Source of the DNA: Octopus vulgaris
Taxonomy: Eukaryota
DNA length: 64,000 bases
NCBI GenBank assembly: GCA_951406725.2
Contig: OX597815.1
Span: 183,334,001-183,398,000 of the forward strand
Reading direction: 5' to 3'
In this document: positions 26,320 through 39,133 of the stretch, piece after piece
Layout: each line of letters begins with the position of its first letter
How positions within the stretch are numbered: position 1 is the first letter of the stretch
Notes under the pieces: generated by a model
Told to the model about the DNA's origin: nothing
Database searches by the model: none
What the model saw: the letters and a program-made list of their open reading frames with translations, nothing else
Made by a program: the position numbers and the translations under genes

Positions 26320-26500
26320 ATTAAGTATAATTGAAAGTGGGAGATAATTTGTAAGGCGAAATCATATAGGTAGTAATTCCTGTTTTTTATGTTCTAGTGA
26401 ATTTAAAGAAATATTATTTAATAATCATAATAAATTAGTTAATTCATTTGACGAATGTAAAATTAAATGTAGACACAAATTACTTTATATAATAAATTTT
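26320..26500 (+). mobile_element. Penelope-like GIY-YIG C-terminal fragment in extremely AT-rich DNA
   Basis: KWEIICKAKSY and GSNSCFLCSSEFKEILFNNHNKLVNSFDECKIKCRHK match the PLE C-terminal W.I, CxLCxxE and CRH pattern. Confidence 0.65.
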
Positions 26501-28294
26501 TAGATAAATAGCGACTATATTTAAAACCTATTTTTGTTTCTAATTTGTAGTTATATTTTGTACTAGTATTAATTCTAAAATTTAGCATGTGATTTTTATT
26601 GTATATTACATAATTTAATAAGTCTAATTTAATATTTATTATTAAATAAATAATTAAATAAATTAATTGATTATAGTAGTGTTGTGATTGCACTTCTGTA
26701 GGTGGTTTGAGTATAAGTCAATAAGAGTTAGTAAAGGTTCTTTAAATACTTATAGTTAGATTATATTTAGATGTTTATTTTATTACTAAATATATAATTT
26801 ATTTAATGAATATAGATTAAAAGATAGTTATTTCATTTGTTGTGGTTGATATTGTTATTATTTTATTATTGTTATTATTATGATTATTAAATATCTACTA
26901 AAATTAATAGTATTAAGTATATATATCTCTTTTGGTAATAGTTTTTGTAACGTTAAATAATTTTGAATGTGTAGTAAAATAATTTTTTCTTTATGTACTA
27001 TTTATTTATAATGATAGGTACTTTATTTATTCAATTAATGAGCGAAGTATTTGATCTAAATATAAATTACTTTACCTATATAATAAGTTTAATTTATTAT
27101 TATTTTAGCATTTGTTTTGAGTATTAATATATATAATATATATTTATTATAAACGACAGTTAAGTTTATAGTTTGTAATAAATTTTTTATTTTAATCAAA
27201 ATGTATTTATATTATATATTTTGAAGTAGATTTATTTAGATGTTTAATTAATTAATATTATTTATTAATGAATTTTAATTATATTATAGTTTTTAAATTA
27301 ATTTAAGTTTATTAATTAGTGGTCATAATATACATAATGATTGAATTACTACTGAGTTAATATTGAATGGGTCTAAAAATTGTTTTATTTAAATAAAGAT
27401 TTGACTCCAACGTAACCACATTATTTTATATATTTGAAATAAATGAATTGGTATAAGATTATTAGAGAATATACAGTAAAGGGTAGTTATATAAATTATT
27501 TTAATTTATAGAGTTTTGAGTATAATTTATCGTAGTTAATTATATATTATAGGTTTATAGTGAAAGATATTATAATGTATAGATTATATTATCTATTAGT
27601 GACTTTGTTCTCTTTATTTATTAAAGCTAAAATATATTCGTAGATTTCATTGCTAAAATATATTTGTTTTCATTGATAAAATATATCCGTTTTCATTGAT
27701 AAAGGAATATTTCCATCTGTATGTTCTATTTCTGTTAATAATGTAATTCCACGAGTTTTTTTATAAACGCTTAAAAAGACTTTTCCGTTTTGAAATTTTA
27801 CTTAATGACATGCTTTTCAAGAGTTAAGTAAACTTTTTTATTTAAGAAATTTTATTGTATTCTATATAACTATTGATTGTGAAATTTGAATTTATAATTA
27901 TTTTAGTTGTTAATGATAATTTAGATATATACATTTATTTAATTATTATTAGTATATAATTATTATAACTGAACATAGATTTTAATATATTAGTTAGTCA
28001 CTGTGGTATATAGATCGTAAAATAGTAATGATTTATTTTAAAGATAGGTTATACATTTTTAAATTGTATTCCATAAATATATTCTGTAGATATTTATAAT
28101 ATTTATGCAAGTAATAATGGACTAATTTATTTTTAGTTATATGATTATATATTTATTGATAGAGAAAATTTTAGATTTTTAATTGCTATATTTGTTGATT
28201 ATAATTTAGGTACTTATTTTTATGTATTTATTATTTCATAATTATTAGATGTGAACTTAAATATAAAAATATTAATAGTGATTATTTTGTTAAA

Positions 28295-28394
28295 NNNNNN
28301 NNNNNNNNNNNNNNNNNNNNNNNNNNNNNNNNNNNNNNNNNNNNNNNNNNNNNNNNNNNNNNNNNNNNNNNNNNNNNNNNNNNNNNNNNNNNNN
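28295..28394. other. Assembly gap (100 N)
   Basis: Run of 100 N, probably a placeholder of unknown true length. Confidence 0.99.
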
Positions 28395-28465
28395 TAAGAT
28401 CAGTGCACTGGAAACCATCAGTACAGTCACACTCGTTACATATCATATCTCCAGCCTCACAAGTA
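28395..28465 (-). CDS. Exon 12, cut off by the assembly gap: CTCEAGDMICNECDCTDGFQCTDL... (start of an LDLa-like module)
   Basis: gaacag acceptor, phase 2 matches exon 11; runs into Ns at 28394. Confidence 0.85.
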
Positions 28466-28544
28466 CTGTTCAATTAAATGAAAATAATACAGAGGTAAAT
28501 AAATAAATAAATGAAAATAAATAAATAAATAATAGATAAATATA

Positions 28545-28935
28545 GGCACAGGAGTGGCTGTGTGGTAAGTAGCTTGCTTACCAACCACATGGTTCTGAGT
28601 TCAGTCCCACTGCGTGGCACCTTGGGCAAATGTCTTCTACTATAGCCTTGGGCTGACCAAAGCCTTGTAAGTGGACTTGATAGACAGAAACTGAAAGAAA
28701 CCGATTGTGTGTATATATATATATATATGTGTGTGTGAGTATGTTTGTGTCTCCACCTTTGCTTGACAACTGATGTTGGTGTATTCATGTCCCCGTAACT
28801 TAGCGGTTCGGCAATAGAGACCAATAGAATAAGTACTAGGCTTACAAGGAATAAGTTCTAGGGTCAGTTTGTTTGACTGAGGGTGGTGCTTCAGCATGGC
28901 CACAGTCAAATGACTGAAACAAATAAAAGAATATA
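28545..28935 (+). mobile_element. SINE family A
   Basis: Matches 50357-50770. Confidence 0.9.
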
Positions 28936-29879
28936 AGAAATAAATAAGTAATAATAAACTATAAAAATAAATAATAAACAAATAAGTAAATAATAAATAA
29001 AAATAAATATTAATAAATGAATAAATAATAATAAATAAATAATTAATAAATGAAAATATAGAGGTAAATTTTATAGGAATATTATATTTCAGCAGTGATG
29101 GCTTGTGTATAGGCACTGCAGAACTGCAGCACCCACTATTTCCACTCGATATTATCAATAACATTCAATTCTTTGATTGAATTTTTTAAAAAATTTCTTT
29201 AATTCTTTCTTTATACTTGTACATTATATAAACCTTAAGCTTAATTAATATAAGTAGCCAACCTCGAGTTTATGAAAAAGACACTAAAATCCTTATATAG
29301 AACTGTGCGCTTCACAGTTCCAGCAACATGATGTTTGGCTGTTGTACGCATCCTCGCATATTGGAGATAGGGAGCTGCACACTAGGGAGAGAGAGCACTG
29401 TCGTTCACACAGTGCTAACCCTGATGTGCTGGTAAAAGGTACTGTTTCTCTTTGACTCCATGTGTATTGTGCTTAAAAACGTGTTTATATTCTTGAATGT
29501 GACGAAGTGTAGAATTAGATTATTATTCTACTTCCAGTTACAGTGTTGTTGCCAGGATTTGGAAAATAGGGCAGATTTTTCCCCCTTATTTTGTGATTTC
29601 GGGTGATTTTTGAAAACCAAGGGGGAATTCATGGTGGTGTTCAGTGAACAAATTAAACACACTACCCGGCAATGGCTAAAGCACGAACCATTCAAGTTTA
29701 TGTATAAATATTCGTTTTATATGTTTGTTTCTTTTTAAACAGTATTAAAACAACGGCTAAAAATTTTCTGAAGCAATACCCCAACTAATTTTATCTATGA
29801 GCCACCACTGATGTCAACAAAAAAAAAAAAAAAAAGAAGAAAAATGTCAAATACTGTTCTGTTAGCCTTATGAAACTAT

Positions 29880-30709
29880 ATTATGAGGAAGGTTTTCATA
29901 CAAAGAAGCCAGAGGTGGTGATGTCTCAAAAAGTTAATGCTAAATAGACAGGTCTATTGCTTAATGGCAACATCCAAGCTCTTCATATCTCAATGATAAC
30001 AAAGCAAAATTAACACCAGATTGGCCATCCCTTGGGTCAACAAGAGCTGCACATCCAAATGAGGAATCACACTGGGGGTGAAAAACCAACTACTGGTTCA
30101 AATCTTCCCGAAATACAGGAGCTGGATGTGAACCACAACTGGAATATTCTAACAGGTGGCCATCCATGCTCATCATCTAATAATCAAAAGAAAAAGAATG
30201 AAAAGTGGTCCAGGAAAGGTAATAAAGAAGTTTTTAAGGCTTTCTATTGCACCATGTATTTCCCTACAAATAAATTCAATACTGAACAAGCCTACCTGTA
30301 ATAGAGAGAGAAGCACTTTGAAGCAAGTTCCTACATAGATAGTAACAAGCTTGCCAATGTCAGAAGAAACAATATCACAAAGAAATTACTGAATTAGAGA
30401 TTGACCAGATAAAACAATCAGTAAAGGATAATATGAACGAAGGTGCAACTAAAGAAGATACTATTGAAGAAATAATTACAGAGTAACCCAGGTTTGATGA
30501 AAATGCAATAATGATAGAAAGAGTCAATGTAACTTATAAGCAAAGTGAAATACTTTCTGAACCAGCCATAAATATCAAGGAAGATGAAAATCAAACAGAT
30601 GAAAGTCACACAGAAATTGACCCAACTGAACTAGAAGATCTAAAAAATCAAATCATGGTTGAAAATTAATTTTAAATGAACATAACAGGAAACACCTTTT
30701 ACTCTCATC
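29880..30709 (+). mobile_element. Probable N-terminal remnant of an R4/Dong-like LINE
   Basis: KWSRKGNKEVFKAFY and NKLANVRRN-like broken frames upstream of the R4-like 3' fragment. Confidence 0.45.
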
Positions 30710-30940
30710 TTAACCCTTTTGATACCAACCCGGCCAAAACCGCCTCTGGCTCTGTAGTACAAATGTCTTGTTTTCATAAGTATTGAATTAAAAATATTCC
30801 ACCAAACCTGAGTCACAATTTATGTTCCTAACACTAGCTGAATGATGACGAAGTTATTTTACTAAATTCTTTGTTATATTTAAAATTAATTGAAAGAAAC
30901 ACAGAGCATCTCAAAATAAATACGGTAACGAAAGGATTAA
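30710..30940. mobile_element. piggyBac-type MITE, family 1 (opposite orientation to 32701)
   Basis: Same family, TTAA flanks. Confidence 0.9.
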
Positions 30941-31215
30941 TATCACACTATCATCTTATAATCAAATCACTTTTAGAACAAACTTCTCATTTTCTAATGT
31001 TTTCACAGACATTCTCTAGAACAATACTTTGCTCAAAAACCAAATACATGACACCTAGGCATAACAACAACTCAAACTTCTAACTTGTCTCTTGAGGTCT
31101 CTAGCTAAGACTTGGAGTCAACTTGTACAAATACAAAGCAAAAGCCAAGCAAATAATAATAATAATAATCACACAATAATAGTAATAATAATGATGATGA
31201 TAATAATAATAATAG

Positions 31216-31660
31216 GCAAGAAAAACCCCTTTATTGCAAATATTGGGTTAAACTAAACAGAAAAGAAATAGACAAAGCAAAATCCCAGCAATGGCTGAGA
31301 AGCTCAGGACTCAAAGCAGAGACTGAAGGATTTTTAATTGCAGCCCAAGACCAAAGCCTCCCCGCCACCAGAAATCATTAAGAACATGTAATAAAAAGAA
31401 ATACAACTGCAGAATATGTGGTGATGAAGAAGAAGCAGTAACGGCAGAGTTGGAACCTATATACACTGGAAGCTATGCCAATACTATGAAATAACAACAG
31501 AAAAAAGATGGTATAGGCACACACCAGAAAAGGTCACAGAAAATAAGAAAGCAACCATACTCTGGGATATGACAATACACACAGATAGAGAAATTAAGGC
31601 CAATAGGCCAGATATAGTTGTCAGAGATCATCAAGAAAAAAAGTGCTTTGTAAAGGATGT
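31216..31660 (+). mobile_element. R4/Dong-like (restriction-like endonuclease) LINE 3' fragment
   Basis: QQWLRSSGLKAETEGFLIAAQDQSL, CRICG, ILWDMTIHTDREIKANRPDIVV; next to (TAA)n at 31152-31215. Confidence 0.8.
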
Positions 31661-31668
31661 AGCACAAA

Positions 31669-31921
31669 TATTGTGTTGGTGCATAATTATTGCGACTTTT
31701 TTTCAGCAAATTTTATTCAACAAAAACAATAATATTATTTAACAAAAGCATCTTTAAATGATGGTCTGACCATCTGCCAAGCAAAGGGGAAGCAGTAATT
31801 GAAGTAGATGGTGAATATGTTCCAGAATAATCATTTAAAGATGTTTTTGTTACGTTGTTATTGTTTTTGTTGAATAAAATTTATTGAAAAAAAGCTGCAA
31901 TAATTATGCACCAACCCAATA
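31669..31921. mobile_element. Mariner-derived MITE
   Basis: About 90-bp imperfect TIRs (ttg.gttggtgcataattattgc), TA at both ends. Confidence 0.88.
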
Positions 31922-32700
31922 ACAAGAAAATATATGAAACATATGAGAAAATGGCACAGTTTTGAAGTTACAAAAACAAAAAATAGAAGGAAACTAAAAC
32001 TAAATCCAACTTTTAATGACTATATTTCTAGGATCCATGCATGGGCAATACAATCAAAAGCCTTCCGGCCCTAAAGCTACGCCATGCTCAGACCCTTCCT
32101 TTTCCTTCGTCAATCTTTAGTTATTGATTTATTGGTGAGTGATTATCTTCACAGCTACATGAATGGTTACAAAGTCCTTTCGGGAAACAGGTTTTCTTTT
32201 TCTGTTTGTTCACTCTTTGCAATTAAGGTTTTGCAGGTTGTAGGAAGACATGTTAAGGGTCTGTAGTTTTGAGAATCTGTGGTTTCTTAGATTTAGGGAT
32301 TAAGATGGGTTTCTTTTCAGTAAGCCAGTTGAGTGTTGTCTTTTACTCCATCTGCATCTCATAAAATTTTCCCTATAGCACCTTATGAGCCTTTGTTAAA
32401 TATTTTAACCAGAAGCTGGGGATCTTATTTCATATCTGGATTCCTACCTCTGTTGTGATGGTTGTTTCTTTTTCTTTTTTTTTTTTACACAAGGAATATT
32501 TCATGGGTATTCTCTTTCTTTATGCCATCTGTGTTTGGCGTTGATGCCTTTAACTGACATACTAAACAGAACTGTATGTGGATACAAGTGCTATAGTTAG
32601 GCTATTTACCATCTTCTGAATATGGTTGATCTCAAGTTGTATGCTGTAAATGATAAACAGCTCAAAACATATGAATATGATTGTCTCCATATACACCACT

Positions 32701-32926
32701 TTAACCCTTTCGTTACTGTATTTCTGTTGAGATGTTCTGTGTTTCTTTCAATATCTTTAAATATAACAAAATATTTAGTAAAATAACTTAGTTATCATTC
32801 AGCTAGTGTTAGGAACATAAATTGACTAAGGTTTGGTGGAAGATTTTAATTCAAAACTTACGAAAACAAGACATTTGTACTCAGAGCCAGAGCTGGTTTC
32901 ATCCGGGTTGGTAACGAAAGGGTTAA
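32701..32926. mobile_element. TTAA-flanked piggyBac-type MITE, family 1
   Basis: TTAA-CCCTTTCGTTAC ... GTAACGAAAGGG-TTAA. Confidence 0.92.
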
Positions 32927-33602
32927 TAATGGCTGCTTCATAACCAAGAGTAGAGTACCATCCACTGATGCCTGCACAGATCTTAGGCTGGCCTTCCAAC
33001 CTTATGCATTCTCTGTAACCTATGATTGTCTCTATCTAAGCGGTTGTGCACACACATATACACACACATATACATCTATGTATGTATAATTTTCCTCTCT
33101 TTCACCCTAGCACTACCAAAATCTCACCCAATATCAATACTGATGCAACTGCATTATCATACACCAGTCATACTCAAACACACTCACTCATGCACACACA
33201 CACACACACAATACATGCACTCCCATACGCACACGCACACACAAATGTCAGAAGCATACACACACATGCACACATACACATCAGCTGTAAACATATGTAT
33301 ACATATTTATCCAGATAAAAACACACGTACACACACACACATATTCATACATCATCATCATCATCATCATCATCATTTAGCGTCCGTTTTCCATGCTAGG
33401 CGAGGCTGGCAACGAACACGAAACGGGGCGGTGCTGGCAACGGTCGCGAAACGGAAGGTTCTCTTACATGCCACCGGCACTGGTAACACATAAAGATATA
33501 AATATAGAAATACATACTCAAGCATCCATATGTACATACACACCCATGCATGCATTCCAAGCATATATATGCACACATGCATACAGCAGATATTAATGCA
33601 CA

Positions 33603-33815
33603 AGGCAGCGTGTTGGCAAAATCGTTAGCACGCTGGGCGAAATGCTTAGCAGTATTTCGTCTGTCTTTATGTTCTGAGTTCAAATTCTGCCGAGGTCGAC
33701 TTTGCTTTTTATCCTTTCAGGGTCGATAAATAAAATACCAGTTGCATACTGGGGTCAATCTAATTGACTGGCCCCTCCCCCAAAATTTCAGGCCTTGTGC
33801 CTAGAATAGAAAAGA
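33603..33815 (+). mobile_element. tRNA-derived SINE family B (Nin/Deu-like domain)
   Basis: gagttcaaattc B box; ttttatcctttcagggtcgataaa..taccag motif. Other copies at about 17715-17930(-), 17945-18120(-), 36835-37262(-), 45935-46160(-) and 56540-56750(+). Confidence 0.85.
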
Positions 33816-33979
33816 TTAATGCACATGTATTCATTCACACACGGCTGATATACGCAGCTGACATATATACTCGTATGTGTGCACATGTAGGTATTCACAC
33901 ATGGCTGATACACACCTGCACACACATGTACATACACCCTAGCAAACATACATACACACCAGCAAGATAATGCCATCAG

Positions 33980-34345
33980 CTCTCACTCACATGCCAGCTT
34001 ACATGCACACATGCACACACATACACTCACACATGCACACATTCTCACTCTCACATGCACACACTCTTACACACACACACACTCTCATATACACTCTCTC
34101 ACACACACACACTCACATACACTCACACACACACTCACACACACACGCACTCACTCACTCACACACACTCTCTCCCACACACTCTCCCACACATGCACTC
34201 ACTCACTAACACACACACACACTAACACACACTCTCACGCACACATACACACTCGCTTGCTCGCTCACACACTCTCTCTCACACACACACACAAGACATG
34301 CGCACACATGCACTGACAGAGCTCACACACACACACACACACACA
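33980..34345. repeat. (CA)n/(CACT)n compound microsatellite
   Basis: Read directly from the sequence. Confidence 0.95.
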
Positions 34346-34684
34346 TCCTTGCAAGCCATGGATCCATTGGTGCTCAAGTCACTTTGAAGACCAGCCAGAC
34401 CGCAAGGCATCTCCAGCTTTCTGTCCAGCCAAGCAGTCCAAGAAATTCACATTCTCTTTTTTAATGGATTTGATGTTGCTGAAATTTCAGGTCCAATGCT
34501 AATAACACCATGTGACCTGTTTTGACCAATGGCAGCCCAATTTCCAGTAGCCATCTTGGACTTCTTGCACTTTTCCATTCAGCTGCCTGAGCCTGATTAG
34601 CTAGGATTTTATAAGGGGCCTACAAAACTCTAAGTTGCATGGGATTCGGGCCAAACTGTTTTAAATAATAATTGATGTATATAT

Positions 34685-34941
34685 ACTCTTACTCTTTTTA
34701 CTCTTTTACCTGTTTCAGTCATGTGACTGTGGCCATGCTGGAGCACCACCTTTAGTCAAGCAAATCGACTCCAGGAGTTATTCTTTGTAAGCCAAGTAAT
34801 TATTCTATCGGTCTCTTTTGCTGAACCACTAAGTTATGGGAACGTAAACACACTACCATCGGTTGTCAAGCGATGTTGGGGGTGGGGTGGGGTGGAGGAA
34901 CAAACACAGACACACAAACATGCACACACACACACACACAC

Positions 34942-34972
<31 letters not shown>

Positions 34973-35130
34973 TATATACACACAACAGGCTTCTTTGAGT
35001 TTCCGTCTACCAAATCCACTGACAAGGCTTTGGTCGGCCCAAGGCTATAGTAGAAGACACTTGCCCAAGGTGCCACGCAGTGGGACTGAAGCTGGAACCA
35101 TGTGGTTCGTAAGTAAGCCACTTACCACAC
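34685..35130 (-). mobile_element. SINE family A
   Basis: Reverse complement of 50357-50770. Confidence 0.9.
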
Positions 35131-35853
35131 ATATTTATAATGTAAAATATTTACAAACCCAATCTTATGAGTGTACATAAAAAGAGGCAACGTTTTCTAC
35201 ATGTCATATATAGTTACTGAGCAGCTACCTTATTGATTCCACCAAAGAGGCTTTGTCCCCTCATTCTGTCATTCTTTTATAAACAGCTTCAGGTAAATTT
35301 ACTGTATGTAAACTTACATACAATTAATTTTGTCATCCTTTCATTACCAGCCGACAGGATACCCCATTAGTGTTTAATGCAATCATCTATTATTCAGAAA
35401 TTTGATGTTGATGACTAGAACAAATCCTAAGAAGACATGTATGTATAAATATGTATGTGTGTGAGTGTGTGCATGCATGTATGTATTCTTAGGATTTGTT
35501 CTGGTCATAAATATTGTATTATGACATTATCTGCTAGATAAACAGACAATTTCTTGTTTAATATACATTTACTGTTATTTAAATCTCTGTATTTTTATTT
35601 AAAGCACAAGATCAGAAATTTGACAGGAGGAAGAACCAGTGAACAGTACCAACCCCAATATTTGACTGTCAGATATCTTACTGACACTAAAAGATTGAAA
35701 GACAAAGGTGACATCAACAAATTTGAATTTAGAATATAAAGAGTCACAACTACAGAGTGCAAGACACTTTCTTCAGCATTCTGACATAACAAATATGACA
35801 AGCTCCTGTCAGGAATATAAATTTAGGAGAAATAAATAAATGCAAAAACTCAC

Positions 35854-35950
35854 CAGTTATGACAGTTGTTAAATCTAACGACAGCTTTAGATGGATATAT
35901 TTTCCCTTCATACCAACAAACACAGTCATCTGGTTTAATACAATCTTCTC
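35854..35950 (-). CDS. Exon 11: GEDCIKPDDCVCWYEGKIYPSKAVVRFNNCHN
   Basis: ttatag / gtgagt, phase 1 to 2. Confidence 0.92.
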
Positions 35951-36164
35951 CTATAAAAATTAAAATAATACTCTGATGCTAATTCATCCTGATCTTTTAG
36001 CAGTTTATGTTCTGGGTAGTATTAGAGAAATATTTTTCATTTCCTTATAAACTGAGCAAATTTAGAAACAAGATGTAATGTTGTACATAAAATCATCACT
36101 TCAAGAAGTAACAAGAGTGTCAAACTTACGAATACAACTCCTCACTCACAAGACTACTGAGAGA

Positions 36165-36394
36165 TTAACCTTTTCGATACCAATCCGGCTGAAACCGCCT
36201 CTGGATCTCTAGTACAAATGTCTTGTTTTCATAAGTTTTGAATTAAAATCTTCCACCAAACCTTAGTTACAATCTATGTTCTTAACACTAGCTTAATGAT
36301 AACTAAGTTATTTTACTAAATTATTGGTTATATTTAAAATTAATTGAAAGAAACACAGAGCACCTCAAAATAAATACGGTAACAAAAGGGTTAA
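36165..36394. mobile_element. piggyBac-type MITE, family 1
   Basis: Same family, TTAA flanks. Confidence 0.9.
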
Positions 36395-36910
36395 TGGATT
36401 TCATATTTTTGTATTTTTTATTTTTATACTACTTTTAGATTGCTGTATGCCCTTATTCCTATGTGTGTGTGTGTGTCTGTGTTTATGTGTATATTTATAT
36501 CTCTATATATAGTATTAGTACTAAAAAGCAATCTGTATATCCTATTTAATGTGGATATACTGTAAAAATTCCACAATACTGCAGTATTCGTTTTGATAAA
36601 GCATCTCGTTTAGACATAAAATGCTCAGAAGCAGAGAACTAACAGTAGCAGATGAAAAATGTCCAGCACTGGCAGCAGAACTTCTGGATCACATGAATTC
36701 AACTTACTTTTGCTACTGATACTTGTGTGCTTTTTAATAATATATATCTATATAATATGCTTTCTCAAGATGGACACTGCAGCATTATGACATTCTTATA
36801 GTACATTTCACCTTAAGTAGAATATTAATAATTTCTTTTGCAAGCACAAGGCCTGGAATTTGTGGGGAAGGGGATAGTCGATCACATTGACCCCAGTTCT
36901 TGACTGGTAC

Positions 36911-37139
36911 TTAACCCTTCCGTTATTGTATTTATTTTGAGATGCTCTGTGTTTCTTTCAATTACTTTAAATATAACAAAAAAATTAGTAAAATAACTTA
37001 GTTATCATTAAGCTGGTGTTAGGAATATAAATTGTGACTAAGGTTTGGTGGAAGATTTTAATTCAAAACTTATGAAAATAAGACATTTGTACTACAGAGC
37101 CAAAGTTAGTTTCAGCTGGGTTGGTAATGAAAGGGTTAA
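36911..37139. mobile_element. piggyBac-type MITE, family 1, nested in a SINE
   Basis: Splits the SINE motif ggtac-TTAA-tttatcgacc and duplicates the TTAA. Confidence 0.93.
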
Positions 37140-37472
37140 TTTATCGACCCCGAAAGGATGAAAAGCAAAGTTGACCTCGGCAGAATTTGAACTCAGAAAT
37201 GAGTGAAATATCGCTAAGCATTTTGTCCATCATGCTAATGATTCTGCCAGCTCACTGCCTTTAAGTAGGATATTGGTATTACTATTCAGTATTCATGCAG
37301 ATTCTGCTACATTGGTAGAAGAACTTGTATAAATATATATATATATATATATATATCTCACATGTTAAGGTTATATCTACAGATATTATATAGAAGTTAT
37401 CGTCAGCACTGATCTCTTACAATGTTTTGTATCCGAACATGTGTAATGCAATCAAAGATGGAAAAATAGATA

Positions 37473-37524
37473 ATGAGTGTATATGCCATATTTCAAAAGT
37501 TTTTGCTACTTCATCAGCACCCAT
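37473..37524 (-). ncRNA. Type I hammerhead ribozyme motif, intact core
   Basis: atgggtg CTGATGA agtagcaaaaactttt GAAA tatggcata TA cactcat; 7-bp stem I, weak stem II. Confidence 0.75.
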
Positions 37525-38224
37525 CCAACCCCTTAATCATCCACAGACTCATTGCTTAATTAGCCACTAAATATAGCAGTGTAACATTATTGGATATACC
37601 AATTTACATATTAAAGACATTCTTGGCAGCTAGTACATACATATTAATGACTTGTAGAGAACCAACATTTCGTTATGCAACCATATCATACTATTGAGTA
37701 TATTAAATGCTTTAGAAGTCAACACTGTGTTTTACAGTGTGTGTATGTGTGTGTGTGTGTAGCTGGATAGATAAATAACTATTTAAATAATCAAATCCAA
37801 CATCTTAATTAAATAAAACATTTTTTCTCCTATAGCTGTTGAATTTTTTTTATGGAACTGAAGGGAAAATGTTCATTTAGAGATAGGAGGGAAGTTACAT
37901 GTGTGAGAAAAATAATTGAATGCCAAAGGTATAGTTATATATGATTAAATACTCCATAGTGATAAGTGATGTGCGTGTGTGGTCTGTGTACTTCTGCATA
38001 TGTAAAGAATCCTGAAGTTGTGTTCTTGAGGCGAAGTGCAAGTGAACAATATTAATAGACTGAGAAATAATAGATGTTTAACGAAGATACCAATCAATAA
38101 ATAAAGTCTAAAAAGTTATTGAAAGTAGAAGATATATTTGCAAAAGTGGAAAAAAAACAGTAAATAAAAACAAGGAGGAAAACGTAGGAAATAACATTTT
38201 TTAAGTACTTCAAATCTTCCTTAC

Positions 38225-38371
38225 CGTCTTCAACATAACCCGGTGGACAAAAACAGCCTTCTACACAAAAGGTAGTATTGTCGTAAAGATGGGTTCCTTG
38301 TTTGTCTCTACATGTTGGAGGATTGGAAGAACCACATTCTTTGTAGACTCGAAGCCCATCACACATAACAG
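38225..38371 (-). CDS. Exon 10: TIL (AVMCDGLRVYKECGSSNPPTC...CVEGCFCPPGYVED)
   Basis: tttcag / gtaagg, phase 1 to 1. Confidence 0.93.
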
Positions 38372-38531
38372 CTGAAATAGGACATATTTTAGTTTTAATA
38401 TTTTGTGCATTAAACATTTTTATGACATCATTTAAAACTTGAAATTGATTATACACAGCACAGTGGTTATTTCTTGGGGGAAAGATACTCGAAACAATTG
38501 TGTTCTTTCTGTTCATTCTCTCTCTCTTTAC

Positions 38532-38533
38532 AT

Positions 38534-38604
<71 letters not shown>

Positions 38605-38672
38605 ATACATATATATATTTATACATATATATATTTATACATATATATATATTTATACATATATATATATTT

Positions 38673-38747
<75 letters not shown>
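38532..38747. repeat. (TA)n microsatellite
   Basis: Read directly from the sequence. Confidence 0.98.
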
Positions 38748-38749
<2 letters not shown>

Positions 38750-39015
38750 CAAACTAAGCAACAAGGATATCCAAGGTAGTGTAGTACAATCATTTCATGC
38801 TACTTCATTTTATTAAACACTGTAAGTATTACATCAGTTTTAAAATGTCGAGCAATCTTCAGCCACAAATTGAATTTTTTAATTAAATAGACAATGTATA
38901 GTTTTATACTTATTTCATTTGCCAACATTACAAAGAGGGTAGATATATAGATAGAGAGGTTAATTTCATCATTAAGAACATGGTGGTAGTATGTCCTTCT
39001 CCATCTGTAGATTTT

Positions 39016-39056
<41 letters not shown>

Positions 39057-39133
39057 TGAGAAAAAAGGACAAAATGGAAAAATTGATGAATAGACATTAG
39101 TTTATTCAAAGATAATCAAATCAACATAATATG

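Noticed and set aside
38439-38816. YI-repeat ORFs (also HT-repeat ORFs at 33026-34316)
   Set aside because: Microsatellite translations.
38750-38870. Possible decayed Penelope-like 3' end with CTGAAGA beside (TA)n
   Set aside because: GAAA and stem I are lost; too degenerate to call.
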